Positions 20,453-28,464 of a DNA stretch of 61,944 nucleotides are shown here, in pieces. The DNA is taken from the IMG/VR virus record IMGVR_UViG_3300032087_000824, positions 1 to 61,944 of that record, one strand, 5' to 3'. A model generated the notes under the pieces. That model searched no databases and was not told where the DNA came from. It worked only from the letters and a program-made list of their open reading frames with translations. Origin of the DNA: a virus (lineage: Duplodnaviria > Caudoviricetes). Positions within the stretch are counted from its first letter, which is position 1; each line of letters begins with the position of its first letter. Made by a program: the position numbers and the translations under genes.

Positions 20453-20702
20453 TAGACTTCTTACCTTTTTTCTTTAAATCATTATCTTGAGAGTGTCCAC
20501 CTTTTATGAAAGAGTTAACTCTGCCCATTGCCCAAGCAGCCATACTAGCAGACTTACTACCACTAGATAGATAAGCGCCTTGTCCTCTGCGGTAAACTTG
20601 CGCCAACTGTGTATAAGTATATTTAGAGTTAGAAGCCTTCTTTTGTAAAGTTGCTTTAGTTTTTGCATTAATAGGTTTTTTAGCTGGTTTTTTCTTTGAC
20701 AT
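20433..20702 (-). CDS. Small basic protein (DUF5824-like)
   Basis: LAQVYRRGQGAY...WAMGRVNSF motif recalled from DUF5824-type proteins. Confidence 0.6.
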   Translation of the reverse strand: MSKKKPAKKPINAKTKATLQKKASNSKYTYTQLAQVYRRGQGAYLSSGSKSASMAAWAMGRVNSFIKGGHSQDNDLKKKGKKSSAKKKK

Positions 20703-20883
20703 TTATTTTCTCCATATTCTCATTGTAATCAATTACAAATTTTTCTACTAAGGTATCTATTTTAGACACATTAGGTTTTTTGTTTATAAGAATACTTCCA
20801 CAAGCCTCAGATAAATCTATTGACCATTCTTTTAATAGTTCTGGACTACTAAAAATATTCCTCCCTTTTTTTATTTTAGCCAT
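20680..20883 (-). CDS. Hypothetical protein
   Basis: 67 aa, in the operon upstream of terminase. Confidence 0.5.
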   Translation of the reverse strand: MAKIKKGRNIFSSPELLKEWSIDLSEACGSILINKKPNVSKIDTLVEKFVIDYNENMEKINVKEKTS

Positions 20884-21091
20884 GAGATATTTACTTTCCC
20901 ATATTTTTACTCTTCCTCTTGGATGAGTATCTCTTCTTTTTGCCTTTTTTGTCTATAGGCATAATTTCTCCTAACGATATTGTTGTAATTTATACAACCA
21001 AGATTACCACAATATTTTATTTTTTTCTTAATCACAGGTGGTTTATTGCAATATTTGCAAGTTATTTTTTCAACCATTATATAATTTTACT

Positions 21092-21319
21092 ATGGCAAAA
21101 GTTACAGACAAAGTTATAGATACAAAAGCTAGAGAGGTTGCTTTACAAATAGAACAACTTATGGCAGTAGTAGATTTTAAATACAACAGACACCAAAGGT
21201 GTTTAGTGTGTAATCATAAATACAGACACCACTTAGACGGACTACCTTGTCTATCTGATAATAATAAAAAGAAAATTATTAATAAAGATAGATGGGGTAA
21301 TATAAAAACTAAGGGGTAG
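21092..21319 (+). CDS. Small Cys/His metal-binding protein, probably leaderless
   Basis: MAKVTDK... with CLVCNHKYRHHLDGLPC. TATAAT at 21080-21085 lies 6 nt before ATG, no SD. Confidence 0.6.
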   Translation: MAKVTDKVIDTKAREVALQIEQLMAVVDFKYNRHQRCLVCNHKYRHHLDGLPCLSDNNKKKIINKDRWGNIKTKG

Positions 21320-21374
21320 TTTAGGATTTCCTCCTTTACCTAAACAAGGATGGCGGAAACGCCATCTACCCCTT
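21311..21374 (+). other. Three-way RNA junction with anti-SD loop and GAAA tetraloop between convergent genes
   Basis: AAGGGGTAG/CTACCCCTT encloses GTTTAGG-[ATTTCCTCCTTTA]-CCTAAAC and GATGGCG-GAAA-CGCCATC. Confidence 0.6.
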
Positions 21375-21888
21375 GTAATACTTTATCTACGCTACTCCAA
21401 TCTAAATTAAGCGTATGGACTACCCCAGTTGCCAGCACTACGCTTTGCGGTACTATTAAGGTGCGTGAAAAAAAATTTTTATTTTCTGCTTCTACAATTC
21501 TGTACTCTGTCATCCAATCTATTAAATAAGGATTTATCTCAGTAGGATTCCAGTAAAGGATGCGTGTAGTTGGGTAAATCCAGTAGAAAAGAAAGTCAGG
21601 AAATGTTTTCATAGCTGCACCTATAGTTTTTTTATCTTTATGTACTATCTGTATTTCAAATGCTACATTCTCTGTATCTAACGCTTGTGTGTCAGTTTTT
21701 ACTTCTATATATCTACAATTTAAATTTCCATCTACAACAAATAAATCTGCACCTTTCATCTGTTCTTCTAATGATGCTGGTCTGCATATATATAAATTCT
21801 TTTTATTATCTTTCTTAGAATGATAGTAATCTTTTATTAATGTTTCTCCTAGCTCACCAATAGCTAGTTGTTTTTCAAAATCAAACAT
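21340..21888 (-). CDS. PD-(D/E)xK nuclease-like protein
   Basis: GELGE...GADL...IEVKTD motif. Start moved to MFDFEK, with GGAGG RBS and upstream TGCTATAAT extended -10. Confidence 0.65.
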   Translation of the reverse strand: MFDFEKQLAIGELGETLIKDYYHSKKDNKKNLYICRPASLEEQMKGADLFVVDGNLNCRYIEVKTDTQALDTENVAFEIQIVHKDKKTIGAAMKTFPDFLFYWIYPTTRILYWNPTEINPYLIDWMTEYRIVEAENKNFFSRTLIVPQSVVLATGVVHTLNLDWSSVDKVLQGVDGVSAILV

Positions 21889-22193
21889 TTTACCTCCTGT
21901 AACTTGTAATAAAATTATTATAGCACTATAGTGATTTACACAAATAGTTTTTAACAACTATAGTGTTACAGGTAAGCGCTATCGGTACGGCAAAAAGCTA
22001 ACTGCATCTAAAAGATGGACTGGGATTACCACAAAGTTAGTACCCAAGGACACTAGAAAGTTTTAAACTCAAATTCTTTTTTTATGCGTAGCATATATGT
22101 CCGCTAATGCGCAGAAAGACCCCCCATATTCGTACTATAAAAAAGAGTTTTTTGACTTCTTTTTTACCAGTAAGTATGCTAAAATACTACATT

Positions 22194-22297
22194 AGGTAGT
22201 TAGTTAACTTATGGGATATTTCTTACTGTAACCTGTAACTTACTCTAGCAATAGAGTTTCATTAATAACTTATAGGATGACTAGCTACCTTTTTTTT
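22194..22297 (+). ncRNA. Candidate small RNA (~100 nt)
   Basis: TGCTAAAAT extended -10 just upstream; 5' AGGTAGTTAGTTA pairs with 3' TGACTAGCTACCT then a T-run; internal CTCTA-GCAA-TAGAG hairpin. Confidence 0.5.
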
Positions 22298-22848
22298 ATG
22301 TAGAAGAATTGCCAGTAATTTCTGAATATCTTACATAATAGCACACCCCCCCACCCAGATTAACACTCGCCGTGAACGCGTTGTACACTAGCTTCCACCT
22401 TCTAGTTTGCCCAACGTTGTATACACCCAATGCATAGAGCATTGTGTGGCGCAGAGCGTTCTATACTATCATATGTCGTTTAATGTCGTACAAACACACC
22501 CCTTTGCATTAGAACGATACATAATCCTAAGTAGTTCGGCATAAATACCATTACTCTAGTTTGAAGTGCCGAACAATCTATTCCCACCCACCACCCTTCC
22601 CTTCTTATAATGAACAGTACCTGCGCTATCTTATTCATTATCTTAATTATGTCTGCGCAGGATTTAAGAGTTCTCTTTTTCGTTATAGCACATTAGTAAA
22701 ATCAAAATCCTTTAGACGCTGTGTTCGTTCCTCACTACGCTTAGATTAAAGGCGGTTTGATTTGACAAACGCGCTTGACTTTTCTTTTGATAACTCTTTG
22801 AATTTTTGTTTTTAGAGTTATTTCGCTTATTTACAGAAAGGATATCTT

Positions 22849-23268
22849 ATGAGTGATACTTGGGTTAAACAACCTAAATTCTACACAGGACAGAGCTTTT
22901 TCGGTACTGTTTGGTGTGGTGCTAAATTAATTGATAGTAAAACAGGTAAATTTACATACCATATAGGTAGAGTAGATGAATTTGGATTACCTATATCAAA
23001 AACAATGCAGAAGTTACCTTCGGGTAGTTATCAAGCCATTGTGCAATTTATGGATATATTGGATAATTGTCCATCAATTCTCAAAAAAGGTAAGTTTGCA
23101 TTGAATAAAAATGGTACATTACCACAATCCCTAGTGGAAATCTTAGGTACAGACAAAATCAACAAAGAAACTAAAGGTAAAGTTCGTACTTTAGCCGAAG
23201 TTCGTGAAATGATGAATTCTTGGAGTGCTAAGAAAGGTAAAGCCAAATCAACTTATCGTAAAAAATAA
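22849..23268 (+). CDS. Early hypothetical protein
   Basis: 139 aa, SD AGAAAGGA. Confidence 0.7.
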   Translation: MSDTWVKQPKFYTGQSFFGTVWCGAKLIDSKTGKFTYHIGRVDEFGLPISKTMQKLPSGSYQAIVQFMDILDNCPSILKKGKFALNKNGTLPQSLVEILGTDKINKETKGKVRTLAEVREMMNSWSAKKGKAKSTYRKK

Positions 23269-23280
23269 GCAATATAAAAT

Positions 23281-23302
23281 TGCGCGCGCGCAAGCGCGCG
23301 CA
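23281..23302. repeat. Alternating CG palindrome/hairpin
   Basis: TGCGCGCGC-GCAA-GCGCGCGCA, perfect 9-bp stem. Confidence 0.7.
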
Positions 23303-23330
23303 GTTCGCTTTGCGAACAAGAAAGGAAACT

Positions 23331-23576
23331 ATGATAATAGAATTCTATGTATATGAAACAAGTAAGTATTCCTTATATCCAATATTTAAGGAAACAACAT
23401 ACACACTTCAAGGTACATTAAAAGAAATCAATGATAAAGTAAACGCACTAAGAAATGAAAATGTTTACTTTGAGCCAAAAACTCTACAATGGAAAGGTAT
23501 TACTGCAAATGTAAATGATGACCTAGCAGAATTAATATCCATTATAGAAAATATGCCAGACTTCAGTAAAGTCTAA
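23331..23576 (+). CDS. Early hypothetical protein
   Basis: Start moved to MIIEFYV, preceded by SD GAACAAGAAAGGA. Confidence 0.65.
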   Translation: MIIEFYVYETSKYSLYPIFKETTYTLQGTLKEINDKVNALRNENVYFEPKTLQWKGITANVNDDLAELISIIENMPDFSKV

Positions 23577-23579
23577 ACG

Positions 23580-23960
23580 AAGTAGTTGGGTAGGTGTCCC
23601 CCTTACATCTACCTTACTACATAAAAAAATTTGTCGCCCCACCCCGCGACACCCCACCCCACCACCAATTACCCAACCCATCACGAGAATAAAGAACGAT
23701 GGTCTGATACCCCAAGAGCTGTCTTGCAATCTCAACAAATACTAATAACAAATCTCAAACACTAATAACTAAAAACTAATATAAAAATACTATGTATATA
23801 TATACGAAAAAAAAAATTTATAATCTACTATGTATAAATTTATGCATCAAAGAATTACGAAAATGTCAAGTCATTCTGTAATAACAAACAAAATTGCAAA
23901 AAATTTTGGTGGCGCAAAAATAAATTTGCGACAAAAATTCTATATGTTGTGTATGCATTT
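23580..23960. other. Non-coding C-rich tract plus A/T-rich short repeats (possible origin or genome-end region)
   Basis: Four C4 runs at 23637-23670, then ACTAATA/ACTATGTATA repeats and an A10 run. Confidence 0.35.
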
Positions 23961-23989
23961 TTATGTATATTGTAGAAAGGACAAAAGTT

Positions 23990-24514
23990 ATGGGTAAAAG
24001 ACATAGAAATCCAAGTGTTCCTAGAACAAAGCGAACACTCGTTGGTTACGACAAGCTCAATGATGTGCCTGTTGTAATTGACACAAGAGTACCAGACTTA
24101 AATGGTAGTAGAGAGCCACAACTTCCAGTAGAAGACGGTGATAAGTACAAGTGGACTTGTCGCTTATGTGAAGCTACTACGAAGGTAGGACAAAAGCTCT
24201 GCTCTTTATGTAGCAGAGATGCAGATAAAGTCATTGATACTGTTGACAATACAGAAGCTATTGAACAGCATATCAAGAACTGCGATTGTTGTATCTGTGA
24301 ACTAGATGAACTAGATGATTGCGAGTGCCTTTGCAACTACGCAGTTAATCCTGACAAACCTAATGTTATTGATGGTCAATGGAAACCTAATTCAAGATAC
24401 GATTACATTATCGTAGACAAACCAGTTGTTCAATGCATTGAGTGTTTCATTGTACTACCTGTTAAGTTTGCTAAAAATGGTTTGCGTAAATGCGAACATT
24501 GCAGAAAAGTTTAA
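23990..24514 (+). CDS. Cys-rich (multi Zn-finger) early protein
   Basis: Several CxxC pairs. Likely start MGKRHR after SD AGAAAGGAC. Confidence 0.65.
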   Translation: MGKRHRNPSVPRTKRTLVGYDKLNDVPVVIDTRVPDLNGSREPQLPVEDGDKYKWTCRLCEATTKVGQKLCSLCSRDADKVIDTVDNTEAIEQHIKNCDCCICELDELDDCECLCNYAVNPDKPNVIDGQWKPNSRYDYIIVDKPVVQCIECFIVLPVKFAKNGLRKCEHCRKV

Positions 24515-24526
24515 TATAAATAAGCG

Positions 24527-25062
24527 AAGCTATCTACACAAGTAAGACATTTTCCTTCCCTGTTTAATGTACCGAAAGTGTAGGTAGCTTGTAGCACATA
24601 GGAACGCATAAGGTAGGAAACTCTAGCTTAGAACTAGAGGTAAGAACAACCATATAAACAATGTAATTCCTGTTTGGTTCGCTAACTGTGTGTTACAAGC
24701 TATCTATAAGATAGAACTACAAGTACTTCCTGCTTAGGCTATAGCTAAGTAGATAGGTATGCCGAGTACAAAGTATCTCAGACTTGTAGATAGCGTGGTG
24801 TGTATAATTTGCAATTTAACATTGCAGTCCTTTCTTGTTCAGCTGTACACACCACGCTATCTATATAGCACATAACACATTAATGAGTTAGGTACAAGAC
24901 TACAATCGTGCAAAACATATTTAAAGATATGTACTTTTGGCTATAACAAAAGTTACCTAAGCTAGATTGTAGGTTAGTGTGTTATAAGCTATTTATATAG
25001 CACATAGACTTAGGCAACTCGTTCTAAAAATCATAATTCCTAGAGTTGCCTAGCTATGTAAT
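24527..25062 (+). ncRNA. Array of six interlocked long hairpins (candidate polycistronic sRNA precursor)
   Basis: Consecutive inverted repeats joined by GCTATCTA/TAGCACATA motifs. Mismatches are G-U on the plus strand. Confidence 0.6.
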
Positions 25063-25078
25063 AAAAGAAAGAGAGTAT

Positions 25079-25219
25079 ATGTTATGTGATATGTGCCGTG
25101 AAGGTAAATATTCAAAGCTAATGATAGAAGCTAATGTCAAATCCTCTGTGTATCACAGAGTTATTTGTTATTTATGTGGATATCAAACTGTTAAAAGACT
25201 AAATGTAAAGAGAATATAA
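25079..25219 (+). CDS. Small Zn-ribbon protein (46 aa)
   Basis: MLCDMCREG...ICYLCGY; below the ORF-track cutoff. Confidence 0.55.
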   Translation: MLCDMCREGKYSKLMIEANVKSSVYHRVICYLCGYQTVKRLNVKRI

Positions 25220-25237
25220 AGGAGAGAAATAGAAATT

Positions 25238-25777
25238 ATGGATATACATAATGACGAAACTAAGAGAGAAGAGTATATTAAGCAAATTAGAGAAGAATAC
25301 AATATGGAACATATTGCAAACTTCTATCCGTTAGCTGTAGAAACAATCTTTGGTATTAACTCAATCGTAGTTGATAATGAGAAAGAAACCATAAACCAGA
25401 AACGCGCTTTTGTACCAGCACAAACCCCTGTTATAGCAATGGCTATGTATTGGGAAAGTATGTGGCAACAGATGTTAGCACAAACTGTAACAAGTATGGG
25501 GCAAATGATTATGGAAGTAATCAAAACCAGTGAACTTGAAGAAGTACCTGTGGGTATGATTGAAGGTTTGCTTGATGCTTTCACTAGCGAACAAGGTGTA
25601 AAAGCTGCTTTAGAAGCGTTCTATGAAAGTATACCAGACATACTAAGTATTGGTAATCCTATGTTGATAGGTAATGTAATTGCTAAAACAGCAGAAGAAG
25701 TAGGTATGCCTGATGCAGTAGAAGATTTACTTGCAGATATATTCAAAAATGTAGAACTTAAAACTGAGGAGGAATAG
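25238..25777 (+). CDS. Hypothetical protein
   Basis: 179 aa, SD AAAGGAG. Confidence 0.7.
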   Translation: MDIHNDETKREEYIKQIREEYNMEHIANFYPLAVETIFGINSIVVDNEKETINQKRAFVPAQTPVIAMAMYWESMWQQMLAQTVTSMGQMIMEVIKTSELEEVPVGMIEGLLDAFTSEQGVKAALEAFYESIPDILSIGNPMLIGNVIAKTAEEVGMPDAVEDLLADIFKNVELKTEEE

Positions 25778-25980
25778 TGAATAAAGAACTTGTTAATAAA
25801 ATTTGGCAAGACGCAAGAACAAGCGTGTTACAGTGTCCTAAATGTAATGAAGATATTTGTTACGAGTGGGAACAACACACAATTAATGATTACGATTGCG
25901 AGGAATGTGCATTATTTCAACCTAACGACATAGTAGAATACGGAACTTGTTTCAGATGTTCTCTAGATGAGGAAGAATAA
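25777..25980 (+). CDS. Small Cys-rich protein
   Basis: Three CxxC pairs, coupled start. Confidence 0.6.
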   Translation: MNKELVNKIWQDARTSVLQCPKCNEDICYEWEQHTINDYDCEECALFQPNDIVEYGTCFRCSLDEEE

Positions 25981-26105
25981 TGGAAAAAATAAAACTTTGG
26001 TGGATATTTAATATTTATCAACCATTTTTAGATACATTTTGTTATGGATTAAAAATAAGAACATTTATTAGGTGGAAGTTTAAAGGAATAATTTGAGGAG
26101 AAATA

Positions 26106-26381
26106 ATGGATATTAGAAAATTGTTTAATAAGTTGCGTGCGTTAGCAGAGAACATAGACAGGAGAGTAAAAATACTTTCAAGAACTCAATTAGTTATTGT
26201 AAAACATATGGGTATTCTTAGTAAAGATTTTCAAGATGATTATGTAAAAGCAATGCTGTCTATAAAAGAAATTAGAGAAGGCTTTAGTAAAGACATATTA
26301 CAAGATGATAGCTCTAGTGATTTTCTTAAGACACAAGTAATGGAGATAAATGAAATCTTCAATGAAACAGAGGAGGAATAA
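26106..26381 (+). CDS. Hypothetical protein
   Basis: 91 aa, SD GAGGAG. Confidence 0.65.
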   Translation: MDIRKLFNKLRALAENIDRRVKILSRTQLVIVKHMGILSKDFQDDYVKAMLSIKEIREGFSKDILQDDSSSDFLKTQVMEINEIFNETEEE

Positions 26382-26677
26382 TGCCGTTAAGTGATAAGTT
26401 CAAAGATGAATTAAAAAAGTCTATTGAATTAGATAACAAAAACAATAAGAAATCGTTTGACCAATATGTACATTGTAAACTCTGCGTACAAGAAACAGGT
26501 GGTGTTAAAGGTCGTAGATATACACAACTACTTGAAGTAGGAGTATTCTTTGAGGATAACAAAACTTGGGTAGGAGTTAATTGTAATAGACATAATGAAA
26601 AGGTTGCTAGGTGGGAAATAAATACATTAAACACTAATCAATCTTCAACAGATAATGAGTGTGATTGTTGTGAGTGA
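26381..26677 (+). CDS. Hypothetical Cys/His protein
   Basis: HCKLC...CNRH motif, TAATG coupling. Confidence 0.65.
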   Translation: MPLSDKFKDELKKSIELDNKNNKKSFDQYVHCKLCVQETGGVKGRRYTQLLEVGVFFEDNKTWVGVNCNRHNEKVARWEINTLNTNQSSTDNECDCCE

Positions 26678-26891
26678 AGTGTATGAATTAATTAACACAG
26701 GTAATGATGATATAAATAAATTAACTGTGGACTTTTCTTTTATGTCAAGGATTAAAAAGAAAAGTGCTATTGAACAAATAGATAAGTTAGTTTCATTAGC
26801 AGATGACAACAATGAGATACAACTTATAAACCACAAACCTACCTTTTGGGAAAAGAGTAGATGGTCTGATGTAGAAAGAGAGGAGGAATAA
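26655..26891 (+). CDS. Hypothetical protein
   Basis: ~75 aa, ends EEE into the next RBS. Confidence 0.55.
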   Translation: MSVIVVSEVYELINTGNDDINKLTVDFSFMSRIKKKSAIEQIDKLVSLADDNNEIQLINHKPTFWEKSRWSDVEREEE

Positions 26892-27217
26892 TGTATGGCG
26901 TGGTGAACACCATAGTCAAAAACCCTATATTACATAGGGCTAAAGATAGATTATTTAGAGAAGAGTATTACAAAAAAACAGGTCGTGATGATTTTATGTT
27001 TGATACATTATTAGACACTGGTATTGGAGATGACGATTGGATTTGCGACTTTTGTAATGTAAGTATGGAAGTAGGAACAAAGGATAACCCTCAAAGTATT
27101 TTAATACACGGCTCTTATGCTTTGTGTTCTACTTGTGTTAAAGAGTACAAGACTAAATATCCTGAAGAATTTATTAATCAACAGGATTGTAAGTGTTGTA
27201 TAGAAGAGGAGGAATAA
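26891..27217 (+). CDS. Zn-finger protein
   Basis: WICDFC...ALCSTC. Confidence 0.65.
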   Translation: MYGVVNTIVKNPILHRAKDRLFREEYYKKTGRDDFMFDTLLDTGIGDDDWICDFCNVSMEVGTKDNPQSILIHGSYALCSTCVKEYKTKYPEEFINQQDCKCCIEEEE

Positions 27218-27768
27218 TGCCTAGTGGTATTGAAGGGTTTCCTAAAGATGTAGAGGAAGCCACAGCAAGACTAAAAAACTGTGCTATTACTATCCCTATT
27301 CTTAAAATGCTAAATGATATGGCTATTGAGAATGGATATAACAGACAGATACGAGAAGGTTTCTTAGATGAAACTATTGAGGATAGTAAAGACTATCCTG
27401 ATGACCACGACCATAGAGCAGATGATAGGTTTCCTGCTATTGTGATGTTGGCTATGCCACATTATCACAAGCACGGAGTACCAACAGAACTACATTATCG
27501 CTTAATGCTAGAGGTTATCGTTAAAAGTAAATCTGGTAAAACACTTGATGAGAAATACGCCACATTATTTGTGGATATTCCAGCAGAAGCATTTGACTTA
27601 TTACCAAATGTTCCTGATATACAGTGGATAAAACCAGAAGCCACCACTGATGAGAAAGATGCTTTCTTAAAAGCGTGGCAAGAAGCTGATACAGAAGAAA
27701 TGTATGATGACTTCATTGAAAATATAGAGAGAATGTTGGGTAAAGACCCAATTAGAGAGGAAGAATAA
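27217..27768 (+). CDS. Hypothetical protein
   Basis: Start moved to MPSGIEG (TAATG coupling). Confidence 0.65.
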   Translation: MPSGIEGFPKDVEEATARLKNCAITIPILKMLNDMAIENGYNRQIREGFLDETIEDSKDYPDDHDHRADDRFPAIVMLAMPHYHKHGVPTELHYRLMLEVIVKSKSGKTLDEKYATLFVDIPAEAFDLLPNVPDIQWIKPEATTDEKDAFLKAWQEADTEEMYDDFIENIERMLGKDPIREEE

Positions 27769-27771
27769 ACA

Positions 27772-28464
27772 ATGGCAGAGAGTAATTGTTGGAAATTGTT
27801 TGATGCAATTATTGGTGCAACACCAAGAATATTGCTGTATGGTGTACCTGGTACAGGGAAAACATATCAAGCAAACACAACTAATTTAGAAGGTAGAAAT
27901 ACTTACAATGTTACCTTAACACAAGACAGTAGTGCTAGTGAATTGCTAGGACATTATGTTCTAAATGAAACTGGTGGTATGGATTGGTTAGATGGTATTG
28001 GTGTACAAGCTTGGAAAGATGGTGCAAGACTTGTGGTTAATGAGATTGACCACGCAGGTGTAGATGTTATGTCATTTCTACACGCCCTTCTTGACGACCC
28101 TGAGTTTGCAAAGTTCACACTACCAAACAAGAGAAAAGAAACTGTAAGACCACAACCTAGCTTTCAAGTGATAGCTACTATGAATGGTGTTCCAGAGGAT
28201 TTACCTGAAGCATTAATTGACAGGTTTCCTGTAAAGATAAACATTGATACTGTACACCCAAGTGCATTGGAGAGTTTACCTGAGAAGTTCCGTAGTGTAT
28301 ACGCTGACTACAACCAAGGTGCTTTCTCTATTCGTAGATGGATTGCACTAGGCGAACTGCTTGACAAAGAAGTCAACTTAGAGTACGCAGTACAAACTAT
28401 ATTCCCTAATGAGTATGAAGAAATTACTGATGCTTTGGTAGTTGCTTTGAATAGTGATGAGTAA
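27772..28464 (+). CDS. MoxR/CobS-like AAA+ ATPase
   Basis: Walker A GVPGTGKT, Walker B VVNEID, ATMN, ALIDRF. Confidence 0.85.
   Translation: MAESNCWKLFDAIIGATPRILLYGVPGTGKTYQANTTNLEGRNTYNVTLTQDSSASELLGHYVLNETGGMDWLDGIGVQAWKDGARLVVNEIDHAGVDVMSFLHALLDDPEFAKFTLPNKRKETVRPQPSFQVIATMNGVPEDLPEALIDRFPVKINIDTVHPSALESLPEKFRSVYADYNQGAFSIRRWIALGELLDKEVNLEYAVQTIFPNEYEEITDALVVALNSDE

Noticed and set aside
21960-22850. tRNA genes; ORF 22561-22749
   Set aside because: No cloverleaf with T-loop found by eye. The ORF has a TTG start, no SD and overlaps hairpins.
23532-23738. Minus-strand 68-aa Gly-rich ORF
   Set aside because: By-product of the G-rich tract; opposes the early operon and has no RBS.
24527-25062. 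CRISPR array
   Set aside because: Repeats are short, degenerate, partly inverted and irregularly spaced; no cas genes.
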